Assembly (NCBI GenBank): GCA_963662655.2
Contig: CAXXTU010000002.1
Span: 2,784,001-2,848,000 of the forward strand
Direction of reading: 5' to 3'
DNA from: Candidatus Cloacimonadales bacterium
GTDB taxonomy: Bacteria > Cloacimonadota > Cloacimonadia > Cloacimonadales > JAIOQZ01
DNA length: 64,000 nucleotides
In this document: in pieces, positions 18,793 to 31,475 of the stretch
Layout: each line of letters starts with the position of its first letter
Numbering within the stretch: position 1 is the stretch's first letter
Made by a program: the position numbers and the translations under genes
The notes under the pieces: model-generated
Database searches by the model: none
The model's input: the letters and a program-made list of their open reading frames with translations, nothing else
What the model was told of the DNA's origin: nothing

Positions 18793-21141
18793 ATGAGAAA
18801 TTTCATTTTATTGTTCTTATCCGTACTGTCGTTGTACGCTTTTGCACAAAATCCACTGGATAATCCTGAAAGCATTGTCTACGATTACGAAAACAGCCGC
18901 TATCTCGTATCGAGCCTGGGGAACCGGAAAATCTACTCGATCGACGAGGATGGCAATATCGCGTTATTCAAGGAAAATTTCGGCCAGACATACGGAATCC
19001 ACCTGCGGGGCGACCGTTTGTATGTATCCAGCGGATCCGTTCTGAGAAGCTTCTTCCTGGAGAATGGCGCGGAAGTCATGAGTCTTCACATTCCGGCGGA
19101 GGTCAATCTGGACGGAATAACATCCGACGACCACGGTTTCATTTACGTGCTGGACACGGGAGGATCGCTTCATAAGGTCGATCCCAAAACCGAAACCTAC
19201 GAAACCCTCATCGATGACGGAATCGAGGGACTGCCGCAGGATTTGGTTTACGACCGCTTCAACAATCGCCTTCTCATCGCCGCGTGGCAGGCGAATTCGC
19301 CCATCATGGGATACGATCTTGATACGCAAATGCTTTACGAGGTTGTCGATACCGACTACGGCCGTTTTGACGGGATCAATATCGACTACGAAGGCAACGT
19401 CTATGCCTCCACCTGGATTACGCAGGAAGTGCTGATGTGGGACAACGCCTTCTCGGAGGATCCCAAGGTCATCGGGACCGGCATGGACGGCCCAACGGGG
19501 CTCTGCTACAACGCAAGAGATCACGTGATCGCCGTACCGAACTTCGACGGCAATTTCATCAAGTACATCGATCTGAAAAGCCTGTTCAATTTTGAGCAGG
19601 AAGTCCTGATAGACAACCTGACCGGCGCAAACAACCTCTGTCTTGCCGATGTCGATCTGGACGGGCAGCAGGATATCGTCGCTGCCGGAACGGATCAGGT
19701 CCATTACTGGCTCGCCGATGGAGCCGGCGGATTCGGCGGTGACGTTTTCCCGGGAAGCTTTCCGGGAACCTGTTTCGTCAGCGCGTTCGATATGGATAAC
19801 GACACCGACGAAGATGTGCTCTTCTGCTGCATGGAAAGCGGGAAGCTGGGCTGGATCGAGATCGGAGAGGCGTTCACGGAGCATGTCATTGACGACGATA
19901 TGGTTCATGTGCGCTCGCTCGACGCTGGTGATATGGACGATGACGGCGACGTGGACGTCGTGTGCGGAATCGGCGATGAAACCGGCGGAATGATCGCGCT
20001 TTACGAGAACACGGGCGGGATGGTGTTCGCCGATCCCGTGGCCATCCCCGACGCGGATGACGTTTATCACAGTGTGTGCTTCTTCAATAAAGACAACGAT
20101 ACGGATCTGGATATTCTGGCCGTGGGTTACACGGATCAGGGGGTGCGCTGGTGGGAGAATCTTGGTAACGGCGATTTCGACGACAGTGGAATCGATTCTT
20201 CTTTCGAGGGCGCAACCTGCGTTGCCGCTGCGGAAATCAATCAAAGCGGTTTTCCGGATGTCGTTGCGGCTTCCTGGGAAGATTCCCGCGTGAAGATGTG
20301 GCGTCAGTCCAACGGTAATTTCTACCAGAATCCCATCGAAAACAACGCCCCGGGCGCCAGGTGGGTCCAGCCGGTCGATTTCGATCAGGATGGACACATG
20401 GATATCGTCGGATGCGGAGACGCACCGGGTTGCATTTACTGGTGGAAGAAGGGCGTAGAGCTCGATTTCACCGGATACCGGTACGAATTTACGGGATCGC
20501 GTTGTGTGGCTGCCGGTCATTTCGATGAGGATGAAAGGATGGATATGGCTGTCATCGGCGAATCAAGCCTGGCCTGGCTGAAGAACGTTCCCGGCGCGCA
20601 CCCGGTAATTGCGGAGTTCGATGCCTACATCATCTACGGTGCACGCATGGCGACCTTCCACTTCATCGATCGATCCTGCGGAGAAAACCTGAGCTACGCC
20701 TGGGATTTCAACAACGACGGAGCCGTCGATTCGGGCGAGCGGAATCCCTATTTCACCTATGAAGCGTACGGGGAATACACCGTCAGCCTCACTGTATCCA
20801 ATGGTGAAGAAAGCCATACCCTGACGCTGGAAGATTTCATCGTCTATGATCATACGGGCGCGGACTGCGACGATACCGCTCGGGTTCCTCTAACGATGGA
20901 CGCCTACCCCAATCCCTTCAATCCGCGGGTATCGTTCCAGATCAAGCGCTCTCCAGCCGACAGGGATTTACGCGTCGACATCTACAACGCAAAAGGCCAG
21001 AAGGTTCAGTCGATTGCCGTGCCGGAAAAGAGCGAAGTGGTGAATTGGGATGCTACGGGAGTGGCAAGCGGGATTTACTACTGTCGGTTGTGCGCTGCGG
21101 ACAGGGTGGTTCAGACGCGGAAAATAACGTTGATGAAATAA
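18793..21141 (+). CDS. Secreted multidomain protein: SMP-30/beta-propeller + FG-GAP/VCBS repeats + PKD + T9SS/FlgD-type C-terminal domain
   Basis: PESI..D start, DxDxDGxxD repeats, WDFNNDG..YTVSLTV PKD motif, AYPNPFNP...IYNAKGQKV...SGIYYCRL...KITLMK. Confidence 0.85.
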   Translation: MRNFILLFLSVLSLYAFAQNPLDNPESIVYDYENSRYLVSSLGNRKIYSIDEDGNIALFKENFGQTYGIHLRGDRLYVSSGSVLRSFFLENGAEVMSLHIPAEVNLDGITSDDHGFIYVLDTGGSLHKVDPKTETYETLIDDGIEGLPQDLVYDRFNNRLLIAAWQANSPIMGYDLDTQMLYEVVDTDYGRFDGINIDYEGNVYASTWITQEVLMWDNAFSEDPKVIGTGMDGPTGLCYNARDHVIAVPNFDGNFIKYIDLKSLFNFEQEVLIDNLTGANNLCLADVDLDGQQDIVAAGTDQVHYWLADGAGGFGGDVFPGSFPGTCFVSAFDMDNDTDEDVLFCCMESGKLGWIEIGEAFTEHVIDDDMVHVRSLDAGDMDDDGDVDVVCGIGDETGGMIALYENTGGMVFADPVAIPDADDVYHSVCFFNKDNDTDLDILAVGYTDQGVRWWENLGNGDFDDSGIDSSFEGATCVAAAEINQSGFPDVVAASWEDSRVKMWRQSNGNFYQNPIENNAPGARWVQPVDFDQDGHMDIVGCGDAPGCIYWWKKGVELDFTGYRYEFTGSRCVAAGHFDEDERMDMAVIGESSLAWLKNVPGAHPVIAEFDAYIIYGARMATFHFIDRSCGENLSYAWDFNNDGAVDSGERNPYFTYEAYGEYTVSLTVSNGEESHTLTLEDFIVYDHTGADCDDTARVPLTMDAYPNPFNPRVSFQIKRSPADRDLRVDIYNAKGQKVQSIAVPEKSEVVNWDATGVASGIYYCRLCAADRVVQTRKITLMK

Positions 21142-21229
21142 TTTTAGCTCTGTTGGATATCAAGAGGGTTATGGCTCCTCAAATGTCATGCCGGATGGAT
21201 TGTTTCGGAGCATGCACCCACTTGTGTCG

Positions 21230-21272
21230 TCCTTCGATACAATCACGATCAATAGGGATTGCTCAGGATGGC
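21230..21272. repeat. REP-like repeat (CCTTCGA...CTCAGGATG family)
   Basis: TCCTTCGATAC-AATCACGATCAATAGGGATT-GCTCAGGATGGC; related to 41959 and 48638. Confidence 0.6.
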
Positions 21273-21346
21273 CTAAAGTATTATGAGAATATGAGATGGC
21301 TGCTATTTTCTAGCCTCTCACTATAATTGCGACAGGATAAAAATAA

Positions 21347-22693
21347 GGCACTGTTGCATATTAAGTGGGTGAATGGGTATTCAGATATCCGCAACATTGC
21401 AGAACCTTCAATCTGAAGTATGAGAAGTCCTTGTATCCATACGCTCTCTTTATAATGGTTCGAATGACGTTGTTAACCGCTTCTGCCTTGGCATTCGTGA
21501 TTCTATGCTTGAACCAGTTCAACACAATATGCAATCTCTTCATAATCGTTCTTGCAAGTGCCTTCAGTGGCTCGAAGACGGTTTTCTGAATAACTCTGCA
21601 CCACTCTTCAATCATCGGCTTCGCTTCTTCTTGCGTAATATCGTCTTCGAAAATCGATAGTAAATCTTCTTTGAGCAAATAGGCTTCGTAAAGGGGATGA
21701 TTTAGCGTCTCCAGTTTCTTGAGTCGGGCTTGATGGTTTTCTTTGTGATTGTGTTTTCTGGTCAAAACCAACCACCGGTCGTGTTTCTTGCTCTGACGCA
21801 ACTTGTCAGATTCAAAATCTCTCTGAAGTTCTCGTCGTACTTCTTCCACTTTTCTGTTGACCAGGCGGCTGAAATGGAAACGATCAAATACGATCATATC
21901 GGCACTCCAACACTCGGAAACAGCGCCGATATATGAACCACTGAAATCCATTGTTACGGTATCAATCCAGCGGAGTCGTCGTTCGTATTTTCGAAACAAC
22001 TCCTTCGCACTTTCTTTCGATTTGCCCATTGTCAGGTCGATCACACACCCGTCCTCATGGTTTGTGATAACCGTTGCATACTTATGCCTTCGCTTATAAC
22101 CAATCTCGTCAATTGCAATCTGATCGACATTCGGAACTCGTCCTCTATAACCCTTTTCCAACTTGGATAACTCAATTTTGTCGATTCGATAAATCGTACT
22201 CCGATCCACACCGAATATCCGTGCTACAGAAGCATTGTCTGAACGAAGCGTGAACTGGAGAACCTTATTGCCGAAGTCTTTAGAGTGTCGATTGAGACCC
22301 TCGGCAATATCCTGTTGTTCAGTTTTCACTCCACACTGAGCGCAGTTGATCCGGCGAAGCGTCAGCACAAGTACTACGGGACGACAGGATATGGATGCAT
22401 GAAGAATTTTGCGGACTCGATGATCATAAACTGCTCCCACAATACCGCATGTAGGACAACGTGGCTCATCTTCCTTTCGAACATGGACTTCAATGCATGG
22501 ATAAGTTTGATACGTACCTTCGATTATCTGGTCGGCAGAATAACCTTGCAAAGCAAACAACGTTTTACAGACTTGTTTTCTGAGAGGATCATTCATCTCT
22601 ATCTCCTTGTTGTGGTGATTAGGAGATTGTACGAGATCGGGTGATTCCTCTCAATCTTTTTTTCGACTTACCCACTAAGTTTGCAACAGTGCC
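21347..22693 (-). mobile_element. ISL3-family insertion sequence, copy 1 (1347 bp)
   Basis: 24-bp terminal IRs starting GGCACTGTTGCA (21/24 match); flanks AAAAATAA / AAAAAAAA (8-bp TSD with one mismatch). Confidence 0.93.
21361..22596 (-). CDS. ISL3 family transposase
   Basis: CPTCG...CAQCG zinc finger, IAIDE, VTMD, DRFH, TNAKAEAVN...RAYGYK motifs. Confidence 0.95.
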   Translation of the reverse strand: MNDPLRKQVCKTLFALQGYSADQIIEGTYQTYPCIEVHVRKEDEPRCPTCGIVGAVYDHRVRKILHASISCRPVVLVLTLRRINCAQCGVKTEQQDIAEGLNRHSKDFGNKVLQFTLRSDNASVARIFGVDRSTIYRIDKIELSKLEKGYRGRVPNVDQIAIDEIGYKRRHKYATVITNHEDGCVIDLTMGKSKESAKELFRKYERRLRWIDTVTMDFSGSYIGAVSECWSADMIVFDRFHFSRLVNRKVEEVRRELQRDFESDKLRQSKKHDRWLVLTRKHNHKENHQARLKKLETLNHPLYEAYLLKEDLLSIFEDDITQEEAKPMIEEWCRVIQKTVFEPLKALARTIMKRLHIVLNWFKHRITNAKAEAVNNVIRTIIKRAYGYKDFSYFRLKVLQCCGYLNTHSPT

Positions 22694-22728
22694 AAAAAAA
22701 AGCGACGTCATTGCAATGGCGTCGCTTT
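22694..22728 (-). terminator. Intrinsic terminator of the potD-like gene
   Basis: AAAGCGACGTCATT-GC-AATGGCGTCGCTTT hairpin with an 8-T tract on the minus strand; the IS begins right after the tract. Confidence 0.75.
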
Positions 22729-22747
22729 CTCAATATAATTCGGGAGC

Positions 22748-23806
22748 TTACTCCATCATCGTATTGCTTCGCATATCTTCCCATAGCTTATCGATTTTGA
22801 TGATGTCCTCGCCGATATCCTTGAGCGGGTAGCTCTTGCTCAGGAAATCATCGGAAGGGTAGATAATCGTATCATTTTGAATATCTTCCGGAAGCAGCAT
22901 GAATGCGGCTTTGTTCGGCGTTGCGTACTGAACGTAATCGGCGTTGGTTGCCGCCACTTCGGCTTCGTTGAGGAAGTTGATGAATTTGTAAGCGAGGTCT
23001 TTATTCTCGGCGTTCTTGAGAATGACCATGCAATCGACCCACAGGGATGCACCCTCTTTGGGCAGCACGAATCCGATGTCCTCGTTTTCGGCCATGATTT
23101 GCAGCGCGTCTCCGTTGTACGCCTGCGCAAGCCAGGTTGTTCCGTCCTGAATTTCATTCTTGAAAGAGTCGGAATCGAATTGCGAAATATTCTTGTCCCA
23201 GTTTTTCAGATATTCACGGGCTGCGTCGAGCGCTTCTTCCGAGGTTTCATTCACGGAGTAACCGGCTGTAACCAGCGCCGCCCCGATCACCTCGCGAGCA
23301 TCGTCAAGCATGGTGACGACGTTTTTGCCATGAAATGCCGGATCGCCCAGCTTGTTCCATGAAGCATCTTCCATCTCTTCATCCGGGATGTTGTTGCGGT
23401 TGTAGATCAAACCGCATGTACCCCAGAAGTAGGGGATGCTGTATTCGTTCGTCGGATCGAATGACGCCGCTTTCTGGAGGATCGATTCATCCATGTTTTC
23501 CCAGTTGGGGAGCTTGGACATGTCCAGCTTTTCCAGCAGGTCCTTCTTGATCATGATCGCCACGTGGTCGCCGCTCGGTACGGCGATATCATAGGACGCT
23601 TTTGAATTTAATATTTTGGTGAGCATGTTTTCGTTGGAATTATACGTGTCGTAAATTACTTTGCAATTGTATTCTGCCTCGAACTGCTTGATAAGCTCCG
23701 GCTCGATGTAATCTGTCCAGTTGAATACATAAAGCTTCTGTTGAACCGCCTTGCCGCAGGATGCCAGCAGGACGGCTACTGTCACAATTAAGATGAACCT
23801 CTTCAT
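22748..23806 (-). CDS. potD: Spermidine/putrescine ABC transporter substrate-binding lipoprotein
   Basis: Lipobox LASC; LYVFNWTDYI, YDIAVPS, YSIPYFWG, PKEGASLWVD, AYKFINF. Confidence 0.88.
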   Translation of the reverse strand: MKRFILIVTVAVLLASCGKAVQQKLYVFNWTDYIEPELIKQFEAEYNCKVIYDTYNSNENMLTKILNSKASYDIAVPSGDHVAIMIKKDLLEKLDMSKLPNWENMDESILQKAASFDPTNEYSIPYFWGTCGLIYNRNNIPDEEMEDASWNKLGDPAFHGKNVVTMLDDAREVIGAALVTAGYSVNETSEEALDAAREYLKNWDKNISQFDSDSFKNEIQDGTTWLAQAYNGDALQIMAENEDIGFVLPKEGASLWVDCMVILKNAENKDLAYKFINFLNEAEVAATNADYVQYATPNKAAFMLLPEDIQNDTIIYPSDDFLSKSYPLKDIGEDIIKIDKLWEDMRSNTMME

Positions 23807-24669
23807 TACTTTTTCTCCTTTTTCTTGAGTTTCGTATATACTTTCAGGGCGTTATCATGAAATACCGCCTGACGAAAGTCTAAGGGTATAAGAATTTCGA
23901 TGAATTTTGCGTATGCGGCGATGGAAACCAGCGGCCAATCGGAACCGAAGAGTATCTTGTCGTAGCGATCGCAGTAAATGAGCGCTTTGCGAAAGTGATC
24001 CACGTAAAGCTGTTCGTCGCTGAAGCGCTTGACCTTGTTCGCGTCCCCGACGATGATTCCCGATAGATCGGCATACACGTTATTGTTCTTGTAAACGACC
24101 TCCGCCGCCTCCATGGTCCACGGATCGCCGAAGTGGCTCAACACGATTCGCACCTCGGGATGGTGGTAGGCAACCTCGTCGATTTCCAGCGGATGCGCGT
24201 ATTTCAGCAAGGCGCGCGGGCCGTAGGTGTCCCCCGAGTGGATAGCCACCGGGAGGTCGTACTTCTCCGCGAGGAGGTAGACCGGCTTGTATACTTCATC
24301 GTGCGGGTAGGTGTGGTAGTACCCGGGATACAGCTTGAATCCCACAACGTGTTCGAGCTCCAGCAACGCTTCCATGTCCTTCAACGATTTCTCGTCCAGG
24401 CGGTACGGGTTGACGCCGATGCAGGTGAAAAGGTTGTCCGGCAGCGTTTCTTCCAGATCGAGGAGCATGGGATTGGGCGCGTTTTGATCGGGGAAGGCCC
24501 ACTTTCGGTTCTCGGCCAGCCCCATACCGATTGCGCACACGACCTTGCTTCTCAGGCATTCGCCCTGGAAGCCTTTGCCCGAATACAGGGTGTGGACGAT
24601 CCGGTCGGCCGTTTCGCTAAACCGCTCGATATTCGAGAAATGGACATGCGCATCGATTATTTCATACAT
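23806..24669 (-). CDS. Amidohydrolase family protein (Amidohydro_2)
   Basis: IIDAHVH, GFKLYPGY, AIHSG, LSHFG, ILFGSDWP. Confidence 0.88.
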   Translation of the reverse strand: MYEIIDAHVHFSNIERFSETADRIVHTLYSGKGFQGECLRSKVVCAIGMGLAENRKWAFPDQNAPNPMLLDLEETLPDNLFTCIGVNPYRLDEKSLKDMEALLELEHVVGFKLYPGYYHTYPHDEVYKPVYLLAEKYDLPVAIHSGDTYGPRALLKYAHPLEIDEVAYHHPEVRIVLSHFGDPWTMEAAEVVYKNNNVYADLSGIIVGDANKVKRFSDEQLYVDHFRKALIYCDRYDKILFGSDWPLVSIAAYAKFIEILIPLDFRQAVFHDNALKVYTKLKKKEKK

Positions 24670-25058
24670 CGTTTTTTACCATATAAATAATCGCAGCTAT
24701 CCGGTTCGGTGTCAAGCGAAAAAAGGGGACACGCATACCCTCACTTTTTCGATAAGACCTTGGTTCTGTGTTCTTTTCTCGCTTATATGGTGGAATCGAT
24801 TAAGAATGAAAATGGATTTACTCCCCTGATATGGGGAGAAAGATACTCTCGAAGAGAGAATCAAGAGGTTTTCTCGTGAATATGGGTGCGGCAATATTTT
24901 GAATTAGCAACCCTCCTTTGTCCCTTCTGAGAAATTCTGGTTTCCTGAGGAATCCAACACTTTTTCGCGGGAGTTAAGAGAGGAATGCATGACCCAATTT
25001 CCGTAATTAGGTAAAACCATTTGTCATTTTCCATTTGATGGCTCTTTAATAGCGTAGG

Positions 25059-25095
25059 CAAAAAAAACCTCCCAACCTTTTCGATTGGGCGGTTT
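25059..25095 (-). terminator. Intrinsic terminator of the atp operon
   Basis: AAACC(T)CCCAA...TTGGG(C)GGTTT hairpin followed by a T-run on the minus strand, downstream of atpC. Confidence 0.7.
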
Positions 25096-25122
25096 CGTAC
25101 TATCTAAAAATAAATTCTTCGT

Positions 25123-26953
<1,831 letters not shown>

Positions 26954-26958
26954 TCATC

Positions 26959-27816
26959 TTATTGATTAATGGCTTCAGCGCCCGAAGCAACCTCGATAAT
27001 CTCCGTGGTGATGCTTGCCTGGCGCGCACGATTGTAATGTAACGTTAAATCACCGATCATTTCGGTGGCGTTGTCGGTGGCATTTTCCATCGCCGTCATG
27101 CGAGCGCCCTGCTCTGCGGCGGACGACTCGAGAAGGATACGCCACACTTCCACATCCAGATATTTGCGACCCAGTTCGGTAATGACGGTGTCTTCGTCGG
27201 GCTCGTAGAGATAATCGGACTTCGCGAGAATCTCCGACTCCATCGGTATGATGGGTAGAACCTGCTTGAAGACGATGTTCTGCTGGATGGCCGACTTGAA
27301 TTCGTTGTAGAGTACGCGGACCCGGTTGTACCCTTTGTTCAGGTACGAATCCATAAAAATCTCGGCAATCTCGCGTGATTGGGAGAAGTTCATCTCGTTG
27401 AAGAGTCCGGTGTAGTGCCCGATAATCTTGTCGGTGCGCTTTCTCAGGAAGTCATAGCCCTTTTTACCGATGCAGATGATATCTTCATCCTCGGTTTGAT
27501 CTTCCAGCATTCTGGAGGCCTGACGTATGATGTTGGTGTTGAACGATCCGCACAATCCGCGGTCAGCCGTTACGACCACCATCAAGGTTTTTCCACCCGG
27601 TTCCGGCTCGATGAGGAGCGGATGCTGCGACTGCGTGTTCTTCACTTTGAGCGTTCGCAGCATGGTGTCAAGGTAGTTGGCGTAAGGGCGCGCAGCGATG
27701 ATGTTCTGCTGGGCCTTGCGCAGGTACGCGGCGGAGATCATCTTCATCGCGTTGGTGATCTGCCGTGTGTTCTTGACACTGTCGATCCGGGTTTTAATGT
27801 CGCGTAGATTCGCCAT
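26959..27816 (-). CDS. atpG: F1 ATP synthase gamma subunit
   Basis: QITNAMKMI, DRGLCGSFN, RARQASITTEIIE. Confidence 0.97.
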   Translation of the reverse strand: MANLRDIKTRIDSVKNTRQITNAMKMISAAYLRKAQQNIIAARPYANYLDTMLRTLKVKNTQSQHPLLIEPEPGGKTLMVVVTADRGLCGSFNTNIIRQASRMLEDQTEDEDIICIGKKGYDFLRKRTDKIIGHYTGLFNEMNFSQSREIAEIFMDSYLNKGYNRVRVLYNEFKSAIQQNIVFKQVLPIIPMESEILAKSDYLYEPDEDTVITELGRKYLDVEVWRILLESSAAEQGARMTAMENATDNATEMIGDLTLHYNRARQASITTEIIEVASGAEAINQ

Positions 27817-27828
27817 GATACAATCCTG

Positions 27829-29337
<1,509 letters not shown>

Positions 29338-29344
29338 AATACCC

Positions 29345-29887
29345 TCAATTTTGCGGTATTTTTTCTTTTATGAATCGTTCGAGATTGTTTTTGACGGAAC
29401 CGTCGATAATCAGCGAACTCGTTTCAGCATGGAAACCGGCAATGAGCTCCGGTTTGATGCGGGTCTTGAATTCTACATTCTTTTTCAGGATGTCTTCCAG
29501 AAGATGGGTTATGTTCTGCATGGTTTGTCCATCGTGCTCTCTCGCCAGCGAAAGCATCACCTTCACGCGTTTGTTCTCATCCAGGATGAAGTCCTCGATG
29601 CAGTTCAACAGCGTTAAGATAATGGAAAAACGACGCTTCTTCACCAGCAGGACGAACAGCGATCTCCAGCGATCGGCGAAATGGAGGTTCTCTGCCAGCG
29701 CTTCAACCAGCTTTTTCTTTCGCGGATACGAAAGGATCATCATGTGGACGGAGCGGATGATTTCCGGATTCCCCGTCAGCACTTCATGCAAGCCGCGAAC
29801 ATCATCCAGCAAATCGTTATGCTCATCGGGAGCGATCAGACTGATGAAAGCCTTGGCGTACCGCTTGGAAATCTCAAAATCTCTCAC
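29345..29887 (-). CDS. atpH: F1 ATP synthase delta subunit
   Basis: [13 protein letters not shown]...IDGSVK; position in the operon. Confidence 0.9.
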   Translation of the reverse strand: MRDFEISKRYAKAFISLIAPDEHNDLLDDVRGLHEVLTGNPEIIRSVHMMILSYPRKKKLVEALAENLHFADRWRSLFVLLVKKRRFSIILTLLNCIEDFILDENKRVKVMLSLAREHDGQTMQNITHLLEDILKKNVEFKTRIKPELIAGFHAETSSLIIDGSVKNNLERFIKEKIPQN

Positions 29888-30366
29888 TTGCTCAACCTGT
29901 CTTGCAGTAGTTTATTGATCAGCTTTTTGTCCGTTTCCGGATCCATTTTATCGGCAATGATTGTTGCAGACACGGATGCGATCATACCGGCAAGCTCTAC
30001 CTCGAGCTCTTCCATGGTACGCTTGCGTACATGGGCTACCTGAGCCTCGGTCTCCTGAACGATATCCTTCTGTTGCTTCTTGGCGCCATCCAGGATTTCC
30101 TTCGCCTGATCCTCGGCTTCGCGTCTTGCGCGGTGCTGCATTTTGCGAATCTCTTCTGAAGATTCGATTAGCTCCTGTTTCTGTTGATCCAGGATTTTGG
30201 CCGCTTCCTCTTTGGAGCGAGCTGCTTCATCGATATCGCCCGATATCTTCTCCGATCTTTCTGTAAGCCATTTCTTCATCGGCTTGTACAGAATCTTGTT
30301 CAGTATGATCAGAAGCAGAACAAAGTTCGCGATAACGATCAAGAGAGAATAATCAATTGTGATCAT
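29884..30366 (-). CDS. atpF: Fo ATP synthase b subunit
   Basis: N-terminal TM NFVLLLIIL..YKP...ER followed by a coiled coil. Confidence 0.92.
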   Translation of the reverse strand: MITIDYSLLIVIANFVLLLIILNKILYKPMKKWLTERSEKISGDIDEAARSKEEAAKILDQQKQELIESSEEIRKMQHRARREAEDQAKEILDGAKKQQKDIVQETEAQVAHVRKRTMEELEVELAGMIASVSATIIADKMDPETDKKLINKLLQDRLSK

Positions 30367-30410
30367 GTCTTCTCCATTCTCTGAAAATGATTACTGTTTC
30401 GAATGCCGTA

Positions 30411-30662
30411 TCAGGTGGAGAATATCAACAACAGCGCGATAACCAGCGAGTAAATACCGGTTGACTCGGAAACTGCCTGACCGACCAGCATGGTACGCAT
30501 GAGCAAGTTCTGATTTTCGGGTGAACGGGCGATACCTTCACATGCCTTGCCGGCGACGAAACCTTCGCCAACGCCGGGGCCGAGCGCTCCGATGCCCATA
30601 CAGATGCCTGCGCCAAGAAACGCCGCAGCTTTTGCGATGCCTTGTGCCAATGTCATTTCCAT
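30411..30662 (-). CDS. atpE: Fo c subunit, single hairpin, Na+-type signature
   Basis: GPGVGEG and QAVSESTGIY motifs. Confidence 0.95.
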   Translation of the reverse strand: MEMTLAQGIAKAAAFLGAGICMGIGALGPGVGEGFVAGKACEGIARSPENQNLLMRTMLVGQAVSESTGIYSLVIALLLIFST

Positions 30663-30719
30663 TTTTTTCCTCCTGTTTTTTACACAGTCTTGTATGTTTT
30701 CATTACAAATATCTATTCT

Positions 30720-31472
30720 TTACAGTGCAAAGATCAGCAAGAAGGCGATAACCAGCGAATAGATCGCTGTCGATTCCGATACCGCCGCCCCCAGGAACAT
30801 CGTTCGGATCAGGTTATTCTTCTGTGCGGGAAAGCGTCCAATCGAATCGTTCGCGCGTCCGGCGACGAATCCGATACCGGAGCCGGGGCCGAGGGTTCCG
30901 AGCCCGATGGAGAGTCCCGCGCCGATGTAGGCCGCCATCTTCATCACGATGTTTGCCATGCTCGCGTTTTCCGGCTGGAAGGGAGTTGAGAACATGAGAA
31001 GGAGCGAAACGACCAGCGCGAAGATGGAGCTCGATTGCGAAAGCGCTTGCCCGATGAGCATGTTACCCATCAGAATGTTGGATTGACGCGGGTTGCGCCC
31101 GATAGACCTGCAAGCCTCGCCTCCTGCGTAACCGGCGCCGAAAGCCGGGCCAACGGCACCGAGTCCCACTGCGATACCCGCAGCGAGCAAAGCCGCAAAT
31201 CGATACCACCCGCCTTCAACGACGTCGATGCCGCCGAACAGAAGCAGGAGCGCGACAACGAGGGCGAAGATTCCGCCGGTCTGTGTCGCGGCCTGGCCGA
31301 TCAGCATCGTGCCGAACAGCTTGTCGTAAGCCTTGGGTTGCCTCGATAGAGCAAGGGTTGCCTGATCGGCGATCGATCCGCTGCCGATGCCGCTCGTTAA
31401 CGATGAAATTCCCACGCCGATTCCGGCGCCCAGATAAGCCGCGATCTCTACGATCTCTTTTGTGAATACCAT
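30720..31472 (-). CDS. atpE: Fo c subunit, triplicated (three hairpins, about 6 TM)
   Basis: Three c repeats with loops RQP, RNP and RFP; outer-helix motifs AATQTGGIF, ALSQSSSIF and AVSESTAIY. Confidence 0.92.
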   Translation of the reverse strand: MVFTKEIVEIAAYLGAGIGVGISSLTSGIGSGSIADQATLALSRQPKAYDKLFGTMLIGQAATQTGGIFALVVALLLLFGGIDVVEGGWYRFAALLAAGIAVGLGAVGPAFGAGYAGGEACRSIGRNPRQSNILMGNMLIGQALSQSSSIFALVVSLLLMFSTPFQPENASMANIVMKMAAYIGAGLSIGLGTLGPGSGIGFVAGRANDSIGRFPAQKNNLIRTMFLGAAVSESTAIYSLVIAFLLIFAL

Positions 31473-31475
31473 TGA

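Noticed and set aside
18964..20520. Long antisense or alternate-frame ORFs (e.g. 18964-20520, 40371-41792, 9869-10846, 33226-34257)
   Set aside because: Shadow ORFs opposite well-supported genes, expected from GC-rich codon bias; no recognisable motifs.
24861..25061. 66-aa minus-strand ORF after atpC
   Set aside because: It starts within the terminator region, has no RBS and no recognisable motif.
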